A stretch of 64,000 nucleotides of DNA from contig CM059432.1 of the NCBI GenBank assembly GCA_030390025.1, forward strand, positions 85,810,001 to 85,874,000, in the 5' to 3' direction. Source of the DNA: Squalus acanthias (Eukaryota). Shown one piece after another: positions 49,343 to 61,993 of the stretch; position 1 is the stretch's first letter, and each line of letters opens with the position of its first letter. The notes under the pieces were generated by a model that had not been told where the DNA came from, did not search any database, and was given only the letters and a program-made list of their open reading frames with translations. Position numbers and translations under genes: made by a program.

Positions 49343-50979
49343 AGTTCAGCTTATTGCTGATATACTTGTGCTTTGATCTTATACAACTTTGTCCTTTCGA
49401 GTTGGAGTAAGAGAGTTGGCGGTCTTGCCACTCTCTAGGATACTCGTGCTGGCTTCAGTGACGTTGGCACGATACCTAACTCTGGCTAATAGAGTTCTTC
49501 AACTTAAAATCTCACTGTTGTGGGGAAGCTATTGGAATCTATAATTAAAAGAACAGAGTGACTGAGCCCTTAGAGAAATTTGAGCTGATTAGAGAGAGCA
49601 AACATGGATTTGTAAAGGGTAGGCCATGTCCAACAAATCTAATTGAAGGCAAATATTGACCTGGTTAAGAGATTGGTTAGGCTAATGGATGTTAGTCTTT
49701 CTAACTGGAGGGCTAGAATGTAAAGGGGAGGAAGTTTTGCTCCAGCTATACAAAAGTGGGGTGAGTAGTTGATAGAGCTTTTAAAGAGAAGTAATATTTT
49801 AATCATTAGCTAAAAGTTGTCCAGAAATATATACAAAACTTCTAATTCTGTTTTCAAATGATTTTAGAAATGTTCCGATGCTGTGTATTTTTATAAGGTA
49901 TTAACTTGGGGTGGTAACTTGGGGTGGGCGCCTGCAACCATCAGTTTACCACCCTTGCCGAAAGTGAAAGTCTGCCCCTTTAACTCCTGAAATGATATTG
50001 TAATGGACTGTTTTATGGTGAATCAATTCACTATAATTATAAAAATCGAAATAGTTTTTTTTCTAAATGTTTTCTAACTTCAGCTGCAGTTAATTGGAAA
50101 TATTCTCTCTAGGTGGCAATTGACTAACTCGTGGGTGTAACTATCCACGAGATGCGTGTGATGCTTGTTAAAATTGTAATTCTCTCTGGATTCTGTGCAA
50201 TCCTTACCATGTAAAGACTGATGAAGTCAGTCTGAGGTGTTCAGCTGAGTGGAGTCATCAAGTTGCTGAGAGTTTTGAGACCAGTGCCACAGTGGCACTG
50301 CACTGGTAGTTCTTTCATGAAATGTCAGTGTTGGATTTAAGTAACCTAAATCCAGAATAGCCTAAAGTTTTACTAGGTTTTTTATTATTCCTGTTCTGCA
50401 AGGTGTGTATACAATGGGCCTCCTTAGGTCTGACAGTCAATTCCCAGTACCATTATCACCAATCTAGTTTTTAAGTGGATCTTCTGGAACTGTAAACTGA
50501 TTGGAAAAAGTCTTCTTTATAAGGGTACTAATTAGTAAGTTTTTGAATTAATTTTCATCAGCAGCTAAGAAACTTTTAGAACTCAAACTAGGTTTCACCC
50601 CTGCCTACCTCTGTCCTGCTCTGATCAGTTTTGGATTTGGCAAAGAAGGCAATTCTACACCAATACATACAAAATATACACCAATGTAATTAATGCCATA
50701 GCTGAGGGCTTGTTAAAATGTTGAAGTGAAGACCTATCTAAATGAATTCACACTGTGGTAACTATTCAAAAGGAAGCTTCCTGAACATCACATAATTCCC
50801 ACCTGGCAGGGTCATCAATGACTGAGCTATAATTTCCTGATTTTTTTTTTGAAGGATGACTCATACGAAGCAATGTCGCTGTTAAATTACATTTTCTGAA
50901 GAAATCTAAATCTTTCTGCACAAGGGTCAGAATCCATGATGAGTCAGTTGAAAAGTTTTCAATATTCAAGTTACAATGG

Positions 50980-53233
50980 GAATGGTATCATAGTGGTAAT
51001 GTCACTGGGCTAGTAATCCAGAGGCCTGGACTAATGATCCAGAGACGTGAGTTCAAATCCCACCACGGCAGCTGGGGAATTTAAATTCAGTTAATTAAAT
51101 AAATCTGGAATAAAAAGCTAGTATCAGTTTCATGGTTACCATGAAACTATCAGATTGTCGTAAAAACCCATCTGGTTCACTAATGTCCTTTTAGGAAATC
51201 TGCCGTCCTTACCTGGTCTGGCCTACAGCAATGTGGTTGACTCTTAACTGTGGTTGACGCTTAACTGCCCTCTGAAATGGCCTAGCAAGCTACTTGGTTG
51301 TAACAAACCGCTACGAAACACAATAATAAGAATGAAACCAGACGGACCACCCGGCATCGACCTCAGCACCGGCAATGGCAACGGCAATGGCACACCCAGC
51401 CCAGTCGACCCTGCAAAGTCCTGCTCACCAACATCTGGGGACTTGGGAGAGCTGTCCCACAGACTAGTCAAGCAACAGCCTGACATGGTCATACTCACAG
51501 AATCATACCTTTCAGCCAATGTCACAAACTGCTCCATCACCATCCCTGTGTATGTCCTGTCCCACCGACCGGACAGACCCACCAGGGGTGGCGGCACAGT
51601 GGTATACAGTCGGGAAGGAGCATTTGCAACCATCTTAAGCCAGAAGTGCCGAGTGGATAATCCATATCGGCCTACTCCTGAGGTCCCCACCATCACCGAA
51701 GCCAGTCTTCAGCTAATTCGATTCACTCCATGTGATATCTAGAAACGGCTGAGCGCACTGGATACAGCAAAGGTGAAAGTGGAACAGTGACAGTGGAAAG
51801 ATGATCATTGGGTGTTTGAAGCTCATGATGTAAGTGCTGGGATCTGCCAAGGGAGCTGATACAGTAAAGGCTATGGGCCCCGACAACATCCCGGCTATCG
51901 TGCTGAAGACTTGTGCTCCAGAACTAGCAGCGCCTCGAGCCAAGCTGTTCCAGTACAGCTACAACACTGGCATCTGTCCGACAATGTGGAAATCTGCCCA
52001 GGTGTGTCCTGTCCACAAAAAGCAGGACAAATCCAAACCGGCCAATTACCGCCCCATCAGTCTTTGGCAAAGTGATGGAAGGTGTCATCGACCGTGCTAT
52101 CAAGCGGCACTTACCAATAACCTGCTCAATGATGCCCAGTTTGGGGGGTGGGGGGGAAAGGAAACTCTCCACTGGCTGGAGTCACACCTAGCACAAAGGA
52201 AGGTGGTTGAAGGTCAATCATCACAGCCCCAGGGCATCACTGCAGGAGTTCCTCAGGGCAGTGTCCTAGGCCCAACCATCTTCAGCTGCTTCATCAATGA
52301 CCTTCCCATCAACATAAGGTCAGAAATGGGGATGTTCGCTGATGACTGCAGTGTTCAGCGCCATTCACAACTTCTCAGATAATGAAGCAGTCCATGCTCG
52401 CATGCAACAAGACCTGGACGACGTTCAGTCTTGGGCTGATAAGTGGCAGGTAATATTCACACCACAGAAGTGCCAGGCAATGACCATCTCCAACAAGCGA
52501 GAGTCTAACCACCGCCCCTTGACATTCAACGGCATTACCATCGCCGAATCCCCCATCATCAACATCCTGGGGGTCACCATTGACCAGAAACTTAACTGGA
52601 CCAGCCACATAAATACTGTGGCAACAAGAGCAGGTCAGAGGCTGGGTATTCTGCGGCGAGTGTCTCACCTCCTGACTCCCCAAAGCCTTTCCACCATCTA
52701 CAAGGCACAAGTAAGGAGTGTGAGGGAATACTCTCCACTTGTTGGAGCTGCACTCATCCAGGCAATACTCGAAGCCCGACACCATCCAGGACAAAGCAGC
52801 CCGCTTGATTGGCACCCCATCCACCACCTTAAACATTCACTCCCTCCACCACCGGCGTACCGTGGCTGCAGTGTGTACCATCTACAAGATGCACTGCAGC
52901 AACTCGCCAAGGCTGCTTTGGCAGCACCTCCCAAATCCGCGACCTCTTCCACCTAGAAGGACCAGGGCAGCAGGCGCATAGGAACACCACCACCTCCAAG
53001 TTCCCCTCCAAGTCACACACCATCCTGACTTAGAAGTATATCGCCGATCCTTCATCATCGCTAGGTCAAAATCCTGGAACTCCCTGCCTAACAACACTGT
53101 GGGAGTACCTTCACCACACGGACTGTAGCGGCTGAAGAAGGCGGCTCACCACTGCCTTCTTAAGGGCAATAAATGTTGGCCTTGCCAACGACGCCCACAT
53201 CCCATAAACAAGTTTAAAAAAAAAAAAAAAAAA
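50980..53233 (+). mobile_element. Family A LINE with tRNA-derived head, internally deleted, poly(A) tail
   Basis: A box at about 50986-50996 and B box GAGTTCAAATCC at 51049-51060. APE start, then deletion at about 51620, then RT (MFADD). A-tail at 53216-53233. Confidence 0.93.
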
Positions 53234-53666
53234 TCGCAAGTGCCATCTGTGTGTAGCTAGCTAAATAAATACGAATAGCCCAACCCTGAATGAATAGATT
53301 CCTAAACAATACAGTTTTAAAAAGTTTCGTATGGGCATGTTTCTATCCTACTGGATGCTTTCCAGTTTCATTAGTTACTGTAATGGATTGGAGTTGGCTT
53401 GTGAAATTATTTACTGTAAGGAAATTGCATTATCAAAGATGGGAAAACTGTTTGACATTCCGTTTTAGTTTCCTATGACGGGTTGGGCTAAGGAAAGTCC
53501 CTGACTATCTGTAATTTGAGTCAATTGCAGTATAAAGTAGTGCACTGAATTGTGTAAGGGGACAATTGTAATCCTAGTACTGAAATATATTCAGGAAAAA
53601 CAACACAATAAAGTTATTTCATAATAAAATTAACCATTTACAATTTTAATTTAAAGTAAGTATCGT

Positions 53667-53855
53667 GGGAACTGGGTGATGCAGTGGGTTAGCGCTCTGT
53701 CCTTTTAACTCTGGTATCTGGATTTGAATCTAGTGCAGAACAATGGGATGAAAGTTTCATTCTGCTGGCTGTATGGAGTTATCTCAATCCGGTTCATTAT
53801 TGGTATGGGTCAGCAGCACACAACTACTCTTAATTTGGTATTAAATACTAATCTC
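53667..53855 (+). mobile_element. LF-SINE-like ancient SINE remnant
   Basis: gggaactgggtgatgcagtggg head, tttgaatctag B-box-like motif, and tctcaatccggttc / taatttggtattaa motifs resembling LF-SINE as I recall it. Confidence 0.5.
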
Positions 53856-54388
53856 ACTCTGAGGCCATAAAGATGGCCGATGCAGCAAATATACTCTTAG
53901 GTGAAAAATTTGCCCCCAATACGCCTCCCGGTAGCGTCAGTAGATGGTGCAAATGGGGCGCTAGACCAGTATTGCCGGGGTGTGGTGAATCCAGCGCCGT
54001 ACGCCCCGCCCCCCGTAGCGCCGCCGCTAAGAGGTATCGCCAGGAACGTCAACGCCAGGGAGATCGTGACGTCAGTGAGCGCGCAACGCTTATTGACCAC
54101 CTGATTTGCAAAATTGGTTCTCGCCACTTGCCTCACTGCCTGGAGTAAACACTGACAGGGAGAGCTGCCATGCAGCACCAGGATGCCGGCTCCCGGGACA
54201 TTATTTAAAGGTATCATCAGTAATCACTCGCAGTTGTCAGGTTAGTGCAGTTTCTGTGGTTTTTTAGTTTTACCCACTGCAACAGTTTCATTCAGTAATT
54301 TCAAGGTTCTTTTGTATCAGGAGTGCTGTGGCAACTAAAAAGTAGCTACATTTATTCTTAAATCAAACTGCTACACTTGGTTACATTA

Positions 54389-55564
54389 ATGGGGGATTAA
54401 TTAGACACTGGCAGTCAACCTCGCCCTCCAGGATCTACGGTGGAGGCAGCGAGAAAGACTGGAACATGTGGCCAGAGGGAGAAGGAGGGCCATCAGGGCT
54501 CTCAACAGGAGGCCTTACCCTCCGAGGATATTCCGAGAGTAATTCTCCCACCTCCAATTAAGCGAGGAGCAGTGTAAGAGAAAGCTCCACTTCAAGGTGG
54601 TGGTCACAGAACTCTGCCATCTCCTGCAACTAGACCTCCAGCCTCAGATCAAGCCGACCACGGCTCTCCCAGTGCCAGTCAAGGTCACTGTCACACTCCA
54701 TTTCTTTGCCAGTGGATCCTTCCAGTCTGCAACAGGAGATATAGCTAACATCTTGTAGTTTGCTGTCCATCGCTGCATCCGGGAGGCCAGAGAGGCTCTC
54801 TACAGTAGGAGAAGGGATTACATTTCCTTCCCCATCACCAGAGCGAAGCAGGACGAGCATGCATGTGGCTTTGGCAGGATAGCGGGATTCCCTATGGTGC
54901 AGGGCGCCATTGACTGCACCCATGTGGCTTTGCGGGCACCGCATAATAATCCAGAGGTCTTCCGTAACTGCAAAGGCTACCAATCACTTAATGTGCAGTT
55001 GGTGTGTGACCACACACGGCTAATCCTCAATGTCAATGCCCGCTATCCTGGCAGCAGGCACAATGCCTTCATCCTGCGCCAGACCGGTGTGCCAGCACTC
55101 TTCCAGCCACCACATCAAGCTTGCGTCTGGCTGGTCGGAGACGAGGACTATCCGCTCTCCACCTGGCTCATGACTCCCCTCCCCAACCCCACCACTCATG
55201 CCCAGCACTCCTATATAATGAGAGCTATGCTTCCACCAGGAACATCATCGAGCAGGCCATCGGCCTACTGAAGCAACGGTTCCGCTGCCTTGACCGCTCG
55301 GGGGTAGCCCTCCAGTACTCGACTGAGCGGGTGTCCCATTTCGTAGTGGTCTGCTGCACACTCCACAACTTAGCCATCATGAGGGCCCAGCCCTTGCCAC
55401 CAGGGATTGTGGGACCACCTCGGGAGGAGGGAGAGGAGGAGGGAGAGGAAGATGAAGGTGATGAGGAGGAGGAGGAGGAGGAACAGGAGCGAGGGAGGAG
55501 GCAGCCACTCAATTGGCCTTCTGGAAGGGCGGTCCTTGATTGCCTCATCAGACTGCGGTTCTAA
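54389..55564 (+). pseudogene. Harbinger DDE transposase, disrupted
   Basis: LHFFASGSFQ, GAIDCTHVAL, SLNVQLVCD, YPGS.H, IEQAIGLLKQRFRCLD, CCTLHN and a poly-E tail. Confidence 0.9.
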
Positions 55565-55731
55565 TGAATTAAACCCCAGATCCCTGTTGCTCACCGCATC
55601 ACCATTCCATCCCTGTCGCAGGCCATATCACAGCGCAAAGCTGAAATGAGACCCCCCCCACAAAAGAATCCAAACTGAATTAATAAATTTATCAAAAATC
55701 AGTAAACACTTATTTACACCAAAAATATTAA

Positions 55732-57498
55732 CTATTCACCCTTGTGCAATCCCTTGATGCCTGTTGTTACTGTGCCTTCTCTAGTGCTCCTACGAAGTGT
55801 TGACCCAGTGGCTGCAGCAGGGCTGGTGGAAGTCTGCTGAGTGTCCGTGCGGGAGACTTCAGATGGCCTTGCATGACGCCCTCGGCCAGCACTGGACCTG
55901 GAAGGCCCGGCTGTAGACTGCACCACCTCAGCATAGGCGACAGCAATCTGGGCTGGCTGGATGACAGGCAGCGACAAGGGCAATGGCAGAGTGGGAGAGT
56001 TGGGAGCAGGAATGCTGTCGTCCTGAGAGAGGACAGCAGGTTCCTGACTCACTGCCACTCCCCCAGGGCAGCACCTCAGCATCCCTAGCAATCTGTTGGA
56101 GCACAGATTGCTGGCCTGCTGCGACAGCATGAAAGCCCCGGTCGACGGTGGTAGACCCAGCCACGATGGCAGCAGTCAGCGCTTGCGTGGCATCAAGCCG
56201 AGACTGAATGAGAGCAGTCTGAGATTGGATGCCACCAAGCATAGACTGCATTACAGCGCTAAGACATTGTGTCGCTTCCGCCTGTGCTGCAATGGAAGCT
56301 GTCAGATCGCCCATCACACGCGGCATCAGGTCTGGATCACCACGGTTTCTCTGAGAGTCTACCATCCTTTGCAGACTGGAAATAATGGGCTCCATGGCAT
56401 ATGCAGAGCCTTGTGCAACGTTGGAGGCGGACTCCTCCACGCTCCTTACCATTGTCGAGAGGCTCTTGGCCACCCTAGCCATTGCACCTATCATCTCCGT
56501 GTGCATGCCCATTGCCCTTCTTCTAAAGGCCTCCCCATTGAGGTCCTCATCTGAATCCTGTGCAGCAGAACTTGCCCTCCAGGGAGCTGGCCCCCGAGCT
56601 ACCCTTTCCTCCTGACCTTGCTGCAGCCCACTCGACCCTGGTACCTCACCCTGTGCAGATCCCGCGTAGTGGCAGTATCTGAGCTGGTGTCTGCGGGTGA
56701 GAGATACAGTGATGCAGTGTGTTTTTCCTCCTCCTCCTCCTCCTTCTCCTGCCTTGCTCTCTATGGTGCCCTCGGCAACAAGCTGCTCAGGTGCTTGCTG
56801 ATTATCTGAAAGCATAAAGGCACAAGAGTCTGGTTAAGGTGAGGGGAGGGGGGCAGGAAGGGAGAAATGCATGCATACAGCATGATTGAGGGGGAAGTGG
56901 GATGTGAGAAGAAGGAATAGGGATGAACATACCGTCGTTGTCCACGGTGCCCACCTCCTGGCGCCAAATGATTTGCAGCACTCAATTCTCCAGCGCAGAC
57001 AGTGGTTGGGTGTCGGCTTGTCCTCCGCCTGTGCGCTCCTGCTCCCTCAAGTTGAGAAAGGAAAGTGTGAGTGAGTGTGGAGCAATGTGTTTGGGTGATG
57101 TGCCTGCCATAGTTGAATAGCTGCCATTGTGTGCAAGGTGTGAGATGTGGGTGTGAGTGTTGGTGGGTGAGTGCTAGGGGTGTGGTGTTTTGGGCAGTGT
57201 GTGAAGATTGTGGTACAGATGGTGGTATGTAACATTTGTTGAAGCATTCACTCACCTTGACCACCCGAGTGGGATCGTTAAATTTCTTCCTGCACTGTGT
57301 GTGGGTCTTGGAGACCACAGTGCTGCTCGAGACATGCTGCGCTACCTCCCTCCACGTGGTGCGGAAGGCTTTTGGTGAGGGCCTTCTGCCACTTGCCGGG
57401 TAGAGCACCGCCCGCCATCTCTCCACAGCGTAAACCAGTGCCTCCAGTGCTTCATCGGAGAATCTGCGGGCTCTCTCCCTGGGGCGTGGATCTGCCAT
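55732..57498 (-). pseudogene. Harbinger Myb/SANT-like protein, 3 exons (57498-57256, about 57050-56933, 56805-55732), decayed
   Basis: MADPRPRERARRFSDEALEALV...WREVA...QCRKKFND then GTGAGT donor. Further donor GTATGT and acceptor tttcag. Confidence 0.82.
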
Positions 57499-57871
57499 GA
57501 GCACTTCTGGTTCAGTCCTCTGGCTGCTTCTGCTTGCTGAGGCAGCTGCACAGCCAGCAATGCTAAGAATGAAGTGCTCCAGCATCAATGAACCTCCCCT
57601 TTAAGAAATGAAAAAGCCTGTGGCAATGATGAGTTATGATTAGACTACGCCCAATATTGGTCCACCCTTTGAGTGTAACGCCAATGAGCTTGGGTTTTAA
57701 GGCTTGATTTAGGACTCCAATCATTTTATTGAGCAGTGAGCACGAATATTGTGTTCAGTCTAAAGCATTTGCGCCTGGTGCTAATTCTCCAACTTTTCTA
57801 CTGACACCGTCCATTCCTTGACTATAACTAATTTCTATCCCATAATCTTTCTGTGATTAGACCTGAGATTA

Positions 57872-59967
57872 GGGCCTGAAATTGTTGGAACGGCTTGATT
57901 GGAGGCGCATGCCATTTTCAGCTCCCCGTTTATATCTCTCTATATTTGCATCGTTATTTGCTGAAATATCGATCCATATAAAGCATGGCAAAGTCAGTGG
58001 TGAATCAGAAACCTCATGGACAGCGCAGCCAATGGATTACCCTGCAGATCAACCACATGGCAGTGTAAATAGCTGGAAACAGACACCATAGGCAGATTGA
58101 GGTGTGGCACTGAGAGGTAAGTAAGCTGCAACTCCTGAAATCAACCGAAATCAACTTTAAAAGGTTAATTACGGTTTATTTTTAAAAAAAAATCATCTTT
58201 AAAGGCTGTTTGTTATTGCAATATTGTATTTAATAAAAATTCAATTGTTTGCTTAAATCTTGCTTGTTCTTCTTTATGTCCGTGTCACCACAGGGATCAA
58301 TCCACGGGACTATCACTCCATATAGACCTCCATTTCACTGATGGAACTTTGGGGGGTAGGATGAAGTGGTGAGTCCGGGTGGGGTAATCATTATCCGAAC
58401 ACCTGAACCACGAGCTGATCTCTGGCTGCCGCTACCGTGCCTTCCTCCGGGAGGCCTCCACCCATGAGGCAAGGAGCATGTGGGTTGGGATTATCTGATT
58501 CCACTGGCAGCTCGTCGGGCAATTCGAGGGCAAGCCTTTCCTGCAGGTCAAATTGTGTAGTGCGCAGTGGACCACTACAATCTTTGCCACTTTATTAGGG
58601 GCATACTGTAGAACACCCCTGGGCCACCGCGTATGCATGGTTGTGTGCTGTGTTGGTGTTGCGGAATGGTGTCATCAGCCACGGCTTCAGTCGGATAGGC
58701 CTTATACCCCAGGATCCATCCACGTCCTTGCCATTCCCTGCTGAATAAGCCATGGATGTTGGAGTGGTGAAGGACAAAGACGTGAGCGCTTCCTCGATCC
58801 TCTGAATTAACATGCAGAATCCTCAGTTGGGCATCGCAAACAATTAGCACATTTAGCAAGTGATAACGTTTCCTGTTGATAAGTGTCCGGTTCCTCAAGT
58901 GAAGCCGTCAGTGACACATGGGTCCCATCGATAGCCCCGTGCATCTTGGGGAAGCCAGCAATCCAGTGGAAGTTAATTAACCTGGTTGCTGCACAGGGAA
59001 CGTTTATTGAAGTCGGATGCCCTGCACAAGATGGCATCCGTCACCGGTAGAAAGCTGGGCCTTACAGCAGCTTGGCTGATGTTACAGTGGGCTCAGTGTC
59101 TGACTGGAAGAAACCAGTACCGTAGAAATTGAGGGCTGTCGTCCCCTTTATTGACACTGACTAGGCCCTGCTGAGGTGGACCGCGGCTTTAGGTCTTCAT
59201 GGAGCATCTCACATAGATGGCCAATTGCATTCTTGCTGAAGCATGGTCTGCAGATCTCTTCTGACGGTGCCTCAGATGGCATCCATTCGCTGTACACTCT
59301 CTGCGGGGGTTAGTAGCAAGATCGGCTCAGTCTCCGGCCATGGTTCCTCAAGTGACACGCCTGCTCCCTCTGCACCTCCTCCAGCTCATCCATAATAATC
59401 AGGATCGGGGAATGTCCAGTTGATAGCCCATTACAAACCTTTCACCTTCCTTACACATAGAATTAGGTGGGGGCCCTGACAGTAATTGCCTTCAGACACT
59501 AACAGCAGTTTTGATAGCAAAGCTAGCAAGAATAATCTGCCAAAAATGAGGGATTTAGGAAAAAAAATACTCTTCAAACAGACTGCCTGGGTGAGGCTCA
59601 ACAGCTTTAATGAACGCTTAATTGTACTCCCAACCTAAGAGTTATGTGTTGACCATAAATCACGTAATTGCCAGGTCACCTATGCCATTATTTTTCAGTC
59701 TAATTCGCTGCTGCGAGAATAATGGCTTAAATCCATAAAATTGGCAATTGCCATTGACTGCAATGGAGGGCAGAGAGGAGAACTGTCTTTTATCAGCTTT
59801 GGCCAGGCTAATGGCGGAGTGGTACAAATTTGCCAGCAAACTGGCACAACGCAGCTCATGGCATAACTCACTCACTCCATTATTTCTTGGAATTTTTAAG
59901 TATTAACAAATGGCAAACGGCGTTAATGTGTCATTATTATGGCGCGAGTTCCAGCAAATTCAGGCCC
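57872..59967 (-). mobile_element. PIF/Harbinger transposon 3 (transposase-only, decayed)
   Basis: About 20-bp TIRs GGGCCTGAAATTGTTGGAAC / GGGCCTGAATTTGCTGGAAC. Minus-strand fragments GFPKMHGAIDGTHV, LNVLIVCD, GWILGYKAYP, CALHNL. Confidence 0.88.
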
Positions 59968-60784
59968 ATGGATGCTGGCAGCCTCTGTTATCTTGCTCAA
60001 GTTGCCATTCTTCTAATGCAAGCTCAGAATGATGGGCTATTCAGCTGTTTGGGGCATCATAGAAAAGCTTGAACGCTCATAGATTTTCCAGCGTAAGTCA
60101 CTGGATAGCAATCAGATGCAGAAACCGTGGTTTAAAAAAATATATATTTTATGACTCAAAACAGCACTAAGTAATGTATTTACCCACTGGACAAATGTCC
60201 CTCACTTTAAATGGAGGTAAGATACATGTGTAGAAATATATGTAGATCATGGGGTTGATGGCAGCAGTCATATTTGCAGTACTGTATTCATGTCTGTCTT
60301 GACACCATTAAAACTAAATCTTCTTGTACAAAATGTACAAAATTCTTCCAATATCCATAATGTTCTTCAAATTACCTGAGTTTAGATGTTTCTTCATGCA
60401 TTCTTACCTTTTCCTTTCAAAGCCAGGATCATCATCAAGACCCAGGTAGGAGGAAAATAAGTAATTCCTGATGACTATATTGGCCAGTGCGCCTCTGTTT
60501 TCATATCAGTTGGCATTCTGTGCTGGTTGATTTTCTGCTGTGCATTGTTTTCAATGGAGCAATGTGAACTGCTCCTAGCTTTAGAAACACTTTTAAGATA
60601 GTAGATTATCTCCCAATCAAGATCATCATCGATGAGGTTTTAAAATATTATATGGGTATATCCTTTGTACGGATATTCAAAGATAAGGCAACTGTAGGGC
60701 CTTATCCTGTATGTCTTCACCAAAGTTCTAATATCTCAACAAATTAATCATTAAATAAACAACAGTTTAAAGCTAGTATAGGTT

Positions 60785-61993
60785 GTAACTAGCAGAATAG
60801 ATAAGGGGGAACCAGTGGATGTGGTGTATTTGGATTTTAAGAAAGCATTTGATAAGGTGGCACACAAGAGGTTAATTAACAAAATTAGGGCTCATGGGAT
60901 TGGGGGTAATATACCAGCATGGATTGAGGATTGGTTAACGGACAGAGAGTAGGAATAAACGGGTCATTTTCGAGTTGGCAGGCTGTAACTAGTGGGGTAC
61001 CGCAAGGATCAGTGCTTGGGCCTCAGCTATTCACAATCTACATCAATGATTTGGATGAGGGGACCAAATGTAATATATCCAAGTTTGCGGATGATACAAA
61101 GCTGGGTGGGAATATAAGTTGTGAGGAGGATGGAAGGAGGCTTCAAGGGGATATAGACAGGCTAAGTGAGTGGGCAAGAACATGGCAAGTGGAATATAAT
61201 GTGGAGAAATGTGAAGTTATCCACTTTGGTAGGAAAAATAGAAAAGCAGAGTATTTTTTAAATGGTGAGAGATTGGGAAATGTTGGTGTTCAGAGGGACC
61301 TGGGTGTCCTTGTACACGAATCACTGAAAGTTAGCATGCAGGTACAGCAAGCACTTAGGAAAGCAAATGATATGTTGGCCTTTATTACAAGAGGATTTGA
61401 GTATAAGAGTAAAGATGTCTTACTGCAATTATATAGGGCCCTGGTGAGACCACACTTGGAGTATTGTGTACAGTTTTGGTCTCCTTACCGAAGGAAGGAT
61501 ATACTTGCCATAGAGGGAGTGCAACGAAGGTTCACCAGACTAGTTCCTGGGATGGGGGGATTGTCCTATGAGGACAGATTGAGTAGACTAGGCCTATATT
61601 CTCTGGAGTTTAGAAGAATGAGAGGTGATCTCATTGAAACATACAAAATTCTTACAGGGCTTGACAGGGTAGATGCAGGGAGGATGTTTCCCCTGGCTGG
61701 GGAGTTGAGAACCAGGGGTCACAGCCTCAGAATAAGGGGTCGGCCATTTAGGACTAAGATGAGGAAAAATTTCTTCACTCAGAGGGGGGTGAATCTTTGG
61801 AATTCTCTACCCCAGAGGGCTGTGGAGGCTGTCGTTGAGTATATTCAAGACAGAGATCGATAGATTTTTGGATATTAAGGGAATCAAGGGATATGGGGAT
61901 AGTGCAGGAAAGTGAAGATGAGGTAGAAGATCAGCCATGATCTTATTGAAGGGCCAAATGGCCTACTCCTGCTCATATTTCTTATGTTCTTAT
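60785..61993 (+). mobile_element. CR1 LINE (family B), 5'-truncated, little decayed
   Basis: 310-codon ORF 60931-61863 (GVPQGSVLGP, KFADDTK, LVRPHLEYC). TTCTTATGTTCTTAT tail. Confidence 0.95.

Larger units (their letters stand above)
53898..57841 (+). mobile_element. PIF/Harbinger DNA transposon 2 (two-gene, decayed)
   Basis: Convergent transposase and Myb/SANT genes. Right end AATTTCTATCCC. The left TIR is degenerate, so that boundary is approximate. Confidence 0.85.

Noticed and set aside
51790..51862. C/D-box snoRNA in the 85-bp insert
   Set aside because: No canonical RTGATGA C box or terminal stem. The CTGA overlaps the duplicated flank.
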